A stretch of DNA of 19,762 nucleotides from Planctomycetota bacterium (GTDB taxonomy: Bacteria > Planctomycetota > B15-G4 > JADJEK01). The notes below the pieces were generated by a model, which searched no databases, was not told the origin of the DNA, and saw only the letters and a list, made by a program, of their open reading frames with translations. Each line of letters starts with the position of its first letter. Position 1 is the first letter of the stretch. The position numbers and the translations under genes were made by a program. Positions 15,059 through 19,762 of this stretch are shown in pieces. The DNA lies in assembly GCA_044225365.1 (NCBI GenBank), contig JBGAIQ010000081.1, forward strand, positions 1 to 19,762, given 5' to 3'.

Positions 15059-15624
15059 GGTGAACCTCGGGAACGGCTTTCACTCGGGGCATTCCGTGCC
15101 GCGGCTGGATCGAGATGCTCGCGCAGGAGGCGGCGCGCGCGAACGAGCCTCGTTTCGATGGTGGTCTCGGGAAGCCCCAGCAACTCGGCGACGCGACGTT
15201 GCGAGAGCCCCTCGATGCACTTGAGGAGTAGAGGTTCGCGGAGGTCGATCGGCAGCCGGGAGACCGCACCGACGAGTTCGTCGCCGTGGAACCCGGCCTC
15301 GGTCGAGGAGAGCGATGCGATCTCGGAGACCTCGATCGCGGATCGCTGCGGCCGACTCCTCTCGCGCCTTCGCTCGCCGCGACCGATGTTGCGCGCGATC
15401 TGCATCAGCCACGGTTCGAAGCGCTGCGGTTCGCGCAGCGACTCGATCGAGCGGCAGAAAGCGAGCGCGGTCTCCTGCACCAGATCCTCGAGTTCGGTTC
15501 GTCTCGACGCATGGGCGAGCAGGACCGCCGCGACTGCGCGACGGTACCTCCTCCAGAGCCCCTCGCGCGCCGCGGCATCGCCAGCGACGGCGCGAGCGAC
15601 GGCATCGACATCGAGTTCGCTCAT
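15055..15624 (-). CDS. ECF-type sigma-70 family RNA polymerase sigma factor (ECF-3)
   Basis: VARAVAGDAAAREGLWRRY, LEDLVQETAL, LREPQRFEPWLMQIARN, LPIDLREPLLLKCIEGLSQRRVAELLGLPETTIETRLVRAR. ATG at 15624 (or 15633) preferred over 15708. Confidence 0.93.
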   Translation of the reverse strand: MSELDVDAVARAVAGDAAAREGLWRRYRRAVAAVLLAHASRRTELEDLVQETALAFCRSIESLREPQRFEPWLMQIARNIGRGERRRERSRPQRSAIEVSEIASLSSTEAGFHGDELVGAVSRLPIDLREPLLLKCIEGLSQRRVAELLGLPETTIETRLVRARRLLREHLDPAAARNAPSESRSRGSP

Positions 15625-15773
15625 GCATTCCATCCTGATGCGATCGGGACGCGGTTCCGGCGCCTTTTCGTACTCTTTCCGTTCGTGCGAGAGCGAGACT
15701 CTTGCCAACGTGCTGTCAGGAGAGGGGCGCTGTCTCCTGTTCGTCCTTCGTTCGGCACGGTACGATCCGAAGG

Positions 15774-18700
15774 ATGTCCTCCGCGGTGATCGAGTCCTTC
15801 CATCCGTCCGTGCGCGCGTGGTTCACGAGCCGCCTCGGCGCGCCCACGCCGCCGCAGATCGCTGCGTGGCCGCTCATTCAGGCGGGCAAGAACGTGCTCG
15901 TCGCGGCGCCGACCGGATCGGGCAAGACGCTGACCGCGTTCCTCTCGGCGCTCGACTCCTTGCTGTCGATGGGCGAAGGCCTGCCGCCGTGGACGCACGT
16001 GCTCTACATCTCGCCGTTGAAGGCATTGTCGAACGACATCGCGAAGAACCTGCAGGGTCCTCTCGCGCAGATCCGCGAACTCGACCCGTCGCTTCCGGAA
16101 GTGCGCGTCGCCGTGCGAACGGGGGACACTTCGCAGAAGGATCGCGCGGCGATGGCGAAGAACCCGCCGCACATCCTCGTCACGACGCCGGAGTCGCTCT
16201 ACCTCCTGCTCACGAGTGAATCGGGGCGCAAATGGCTGCGCACAGTGCGCGTCACGATCGTCGACGAGATCCACGCGCTGGCGCGGGACAAGCGCGGCAG
16301 CCACCTCGCGCTATCGCTCGAGCGGCTCGAGACGCTCGCGCCGGGATTCCAGCGCATCGGTCTCTCGGCGACGCAGAAGCCGCTCGACGCGATTGCGCGC
16401 TTCCTCTCGGGCGTCGGTCGCGAGGTCGAAGTGCTCGATGCCGGACATTTGCGCAAGCTCGACCTCGGGATCGAGGTCCCGCCGTCGCCGCTCGCGGCGG
16501 TCTGCTCGCACGAGCAATGGGACGAAGTCTACGAGCGAGTCACGCAGCTCGTGTCCGAACATCGCACGACCCTGATCTTCGTGAACACGCGCAAGCTCGC
16601 CGAGAGAGTGTCCGCGCGCCTTGCGGACCGCCTCGGCGCCGACAAGGTGCGATGTCATCACGGCAGCCTTGCGAAGGACATCCGGCTCGAAGCCGAACAG
16701 CGCCTGAAGGCGGGCACACTGAAGACGCTGGTTGCGACCGCCTCCCTCGAGCTCGGCATCGACATCGGCGACGTCGACCTCGCGCTGCAGATCGGTTCGC
16801 CGCGCTCGATCGCCACGTTCCTCCAGCGCATGGGGCGCGCGGGCCACGGCGTCGGCCGTGTCCCGAAAGGTCGAGTCTTCCCGCTGACGCGCGACGAACT
16901 CATCGAGACCGTGGCGCTCCTGCGCGCGGTGCGCGATGGCGAGCTCGACAAGATCCGCGTCCCCCGCGTGCCGCTCGACGTGCTCGCGCAACAGATCGTC
17001 GCTTCCTGCATCGCGAACGAGTGGGACGAGCAGGAATTGTTCGATCGCTTCCGGCTCGCCGATCCGTATCGCGAGATGGAGAGGAAGGACTTCGATGCCG
17101 TCGTCGCTCTGCTGTCGACTGCGGCGAGCGGAATGGGCCGCGGGGCACTGATCCATCGCGACGGCGTGAACGGCCGCATCATGGCGACGCGTCGCGCGAA
17201 GCTGCGCGCCCTCTCGAACGGCGGAGTGATCCCCGACCTCGGCGACTATCGCGTCCTGCTCGAGCCGGAGGGCACCTACGTCGGCACGCTCAACGAGGAC
17301 TTCGCGATCGAATCGCAGAAGGGCGACATCTTCCAGCTCGGCAGCACGTCGTGGCGCGTGCTGCGCATCGAGACCGGCGTGGTTCGAGTCGCCGATGCGG
17401 GCGGGGCTCCGCCGACGATTCCGTTCTGGACCGGCGAGGCTCCGGGTCGCACGATCGAGCTCTCGCGTTACGTCGGCGAACTGCGCGAAGGCTTCGAGAG
17501 CGCCGAGCAGTTGATGCGCGACTACGCGATCGAGGAGGCTGCGGCGCGCCAGATCGCCGAGTACCTGACCGAGAGCCGGGCGATGCTCGGAGTGTTGCCG
17601 AGTCAGACGCAGCTCGTCGCCGAGCGATTCTTCGACGAGACCGGAGGGACGCAGATCGTGCTGCACGCGCCGTTCGGGGGTCGCGTGAATCGTGCGCTCG
17701 GCTACGCGCTGCGCAAGCGCATCTGCGTCGGCTTCGGCTTCGAGCTGCAGGCCGCCGCGACCGACGACTCGATCATCTTCTCGCTCGGCGAGAAGCCCGG
17801 CGTACCGGTCGACGAGATCTTCGACTTCCTGCATCCCGACACGCTCGAGGATGTGCTGACGCAGGCGCTCTTGCGCCAGCCGATGTTCGAGAATCGCTTC
17901 CGGTGGAATGCGACGCGGGCCTTGCTCGTCGAGCGCATGAATGCCGGCAAACAGGTTCCGCTCGTGCTGCAGCGCATGCGGGCGACCGACGTGCTGTGCA
18001 AGGCATTCCCCGACATCGTTGCGTGCCCCGAGACGCTGGTCCAGCCGAAGATCGACGTCCCCAAGGACCATCCGCTCGTGAAGCAGACGCTCGACGACTG
18101 CATGAACGAAGCGTGCGACATCGAAGGCGCACGCGCGGTGCTCGTCGGCCTGCGCAGCGGCGAGATCAAGCGGCACGCGGTCGACACGGCCCAGCCGTCT
18201 CCGCTCTCGCATGAGGTGCTGTCGGCGCGGCCGTATGCGTTCCTCGACGACGCGCCCCTCGAAGAGCGGCGCACCCGCGCGGTGATGACGCGGCGGATCC
18301 TCGATCCCGCGACGGCGGAGAAGCTCGGCTCGCTCGATCCCGAAGCGATCGCCCGCGTTCGCGAGGAGGCGTGGCCGCAGCCACGATCGAAGGAAGAGGT
18401 GCACGAGGCGCTCACGTGGATGGGCTTCGTCACGGTCGACGAGGCGCGGACCTGGAGCGATGGCTCCGCTTGGATCGCCGCTCTCGTCGCCGAGGGCCGG
18501 GTCACGATCGAGGAGGCGCGGTGCTACGCCGTCGACGCGTCGCGCGATCCCAAGGCCGTGATGCGCGGGCGACTCGAAGTGATGGGGCCGGTCTTCGAAT
18601 TCAGCGAAGACGACTCGTTCACATTGCGCGAGCTCGAGGCCGAAGGGGCGGTGTTCAAGATCCGCCACGAGGGTCGCACGGGTTATTGCGATCGGCGGCT

Positions 18701-19646
18701 GATGCAGCGCATCCAGAACTACACGCTCGACAAGCTCCGCAAGGAGATCGAACCCGTCAGCGCCGCGGACTTCCTGCGCTACCTCTCGTGCTGGCAGCAC
18801 ATCGACGCCGACCATCGACTCGAAGGTCCGAAGGGTGTGGCGCAGGTGCTCACGCAGCTCTCCGGCTACGAAGCGCCGGCGCGCGAGTGGGAGGAGCACA
18901 TCTTGCCCGCCCGCATCCGTGGCTACCGTCGCGAGTGGCTCGATCAGGCGACGCTCTCCGGCGAGATCATGTTCGGGCGACTCTTCGGCGGCGGCGCCTG
19001 CCCGATCAAGATCCTCCCGCTCGCGTTCATCGCCCGCACGGATGCCGAGAGATGGCTCTCGCTCGCGCAGACGCCGAAGTTCGACGATATCTCGGGCGAG
19101 GCGCTCGCCGCTCTCGAGATCCTGCGGCGGCGCGGCGCCGTGTTTCCCGAGGAACTCGCGCGATCGCTCAACGTGCTGCCTGCGATCTACGAGCGGGCGA
19201 TCACGGAGCTGTTCGGTCACGGCGTGATCACGAGTGACTCCTTCGCGACGCTGCGTAGTCTCCTCGTTCCGCCGTCCGAACGATCGGCGATGTTCGCGGT
19301 GGGCCGCTTCAGCGCATTCCGCACCGAGACGCGGGGCGAGGTCGACGTCGAGTTCGTGGCGAAGAAGCTGCTCGATCGAACGGGTGTCGTGTTTCGCAAG
19401 ACGCTCGAACGCGAGCGGATCCCCGTGTTCTGGCGCGACCTGATCCGCGTCTACCGCCGGATGGAATTGCGCGGCGAGGTGCGCGGCGGCCGCTTCGTCG
19501 CCGGTTTCGACGGCGAGCAATATGCCTTGCCCGCGGCGGTGACGATGATGCGCGCTGTGCGTCGCCGCGGCACGGGGCCCATTCCCGCGATGTCGCCGAG
19601 CGATCCGATGGATTTCATCGGAATCCTCACGCCGGCTCTGACGTGA
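15774..19646 (+). CDS. lhr: Lhr-family SF2 DEAD/DEAH-box helicase with C-terminal extension (about 1290 aa)
   Basis: Q motif PTPPQ, APTGSGKT, YISPLKALSNDI, ILVTTPESLYLLLT, DEIH, GLSAT, HHGSL, ATASLELGIDIG, QRMGRAGH, PLDVLAQQI, IPFWTGE, LEERRTRAV and C-terminal GEVRGGRFVAGFDGEQYA. ATG 15774 matches the usual Lhr N-terminus (FHPSVRAWF). Confidence 0.93.
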   Translation: MSSAVIESFHPSVRAWFTSRLGAPTPPQIAAWPLIQAGKNVLVAAPTGSGKTLTAFLSALDSLLSMGEGLPPWTHVLYISPLKALSNDIAKNLQGPLAQIRELDPSLPEVRVAVRTGDTSQKDRAAMAKNPPHILVTTPESLYLLLTSESGRKWLRTVRVTIVDEIHALARDKRGSHLALSLERLETLAPGFQRIGLSATQKPLDAIARFLSGVGREVEVLDAGHLRKLDLGIEVPPSPLAAVCSHEQWDEVYERVTQLVSEHRTTLIFVNTRKLAERVSARLADRLGADKVRCHHGSLAKDIRLEAEQRLKAGTLKTLVATASLELGIDIGDVDLALQIGSPRSIATFLQRMGRAGHGVGRVPKGRVFPLTRDELIETVALLRAVRDGELDKIRVPRVPLDVLAQQIVASCIANEWDEQELFDRFRLADPYREMERKDFDAVVALLSTAASGMGRGALIHRDGVNGRIMATRRAKLRALSNGGVIPDLGDYRVLLEPEGTYVGTLNEDFAIESQKGDIFQLGSTSWRVLRIETGVVRVADAGGAPPTIPFWTGEAPGRTIELSRYVGELREGFESAEQLMRDYAIEEAAARQIAEYLTESRAMLGVLPSQTQLVAERFFDETGGTQIVLHAPFGGRVNRALGYALRKRICVGFGFELQAAATDDSIIFSLGEKPGVPVDEIFDFLHPDTLEDVLTQALLRQPMFENRFRWNATRALLVERMNAGKQVPLVLQRMRATDVLCKAFPDIVACPETLVQPKIDVPKDHPLVKQTLDDCMNEACDIEGARAVLVGLRSGEIKRHAVDTAQPSPLSHEVLSARPYAFLDDAPLEERRTRAVMTRRILDPATAEKLGSLDPEAIARVREEAWPQPRSKEEVHEALTWMGFVTVDEARTWSDGSAWIAALVAEGRVTIEEARCYAVDASRDPKAVMRGRLEVMGPVFEFSEDDSFTLRELEAEGAVFKIRHEGRTGYCDRRLMQRIQNYTLDKLRKEIEPVSAADFLRYLSCWQHIDADHRLEGPKGVAQVLTQLSGYEAPAREWEEHILPARIRGYRREWLDQATLSGEIMFGRLFGGGACPIKILPLAFIARTDAERWLSLAQTPKFDDISGEALAALEILRRRGAVFPEELARSLNVLPAIYERAITELFGHGVITSDSFATLRSLLVPPSERSAMFAVGRFSAFRTETRGEVDVEFVAKKLLDRTGVVFRKTLERERIPVFWRDLIRVYRRMELRGEVRGGRFVAGFDGEQYALPAAVTMMRAVRRRGTGPIPAMSPSDPMDFIGILTPALT

Positions 19647-19659
19647 CCCCGGTCGCCCG

Positions 19660-19719
19660 GGACCGCCGCGCTCCAGCGCGGCATATGGTTCACCGAGGAC
19701 CGCCGCGCTCCAGCGCGGC
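19660..19719 (+). repeat. Two direct copies of a GGACC-tagged REP-like hairpin
   Basis: GGACCGCCGCGCTCCAGCGCGGC identical at 19660..19682 and 19697..19719; stem GCCGCGC-tcca-GCGCGGC. Confidence 0.85.
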
Positions 19720-19762
19720 TCTGGGAGCATTCTCGAAAGCGACGCCACTGAACGCGATCGGC

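Noticed and set aside
15634-15662. GGAAC ECF -35-like motif on the minus strand upstream of ECF-3
   Set aside because: No convincing -10 element at the usual spacing; too weak to call.
1587-16219. Other long overlapping ORFs (1587..3272 -, 6670..7542 +, 7921..9405 +, 12447..13613 +, 14483..16219 +)
   Set aside because: Antisense or frame-shifted shadows of motif-supported genes, with low-information translations.
16311-19748. 1145-aa antisense ORF opposite lhr, and 660-aa alternative-frame ORF 16232..18214
   Set aside because: Shadow ORFs expected from high-GC codon bias; no recognisable motifs; they almost entirely overlap a well-supported gene.

Overview
High-GC bacterial window whose gene families (DUF1549/DUF1553 + DUF1501 pair, ASPIC/UnbV lipoprotein, kinase-linked ECF sigma factor) point to a Planctomycetota-like genome (inference). 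It is built as three consecutive divergent units, each with an ECF sigma-70 operon on the minus strand facing plus-strand genes: (1) ECF + FecR-like anti-sigma, opposite a secreted 'HEWGTFT' hypothetical protein, a DUF1549/DUF1553 CxxCH protein and a Tat-exported DUF1501 protein; (2) divergent ECF + membrane Ser/Thr kinase-TPR protein, opposite a TPR/FG-GAP/ASPIC-UnbV lipoprotein; (3) ECF + membrane anti-sigma + secreted PDZ/coiled-coil protein, opposite an Lhr-family helicase. Non-coding signals: a GGACC-tagged hairpin (REP-like) repeat family with covarying stems at three loci, a 59-bp symmetric element in the first divergent promoter, and a hairpin-dense 721-bp intergenic region with competing stems and a terminator-like hairpin (candidate structured RNA). 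No rRNA, tRNA, CRISPR array or transposase was recognised. All family calls come from motifs recognised by eye, not from database searches.
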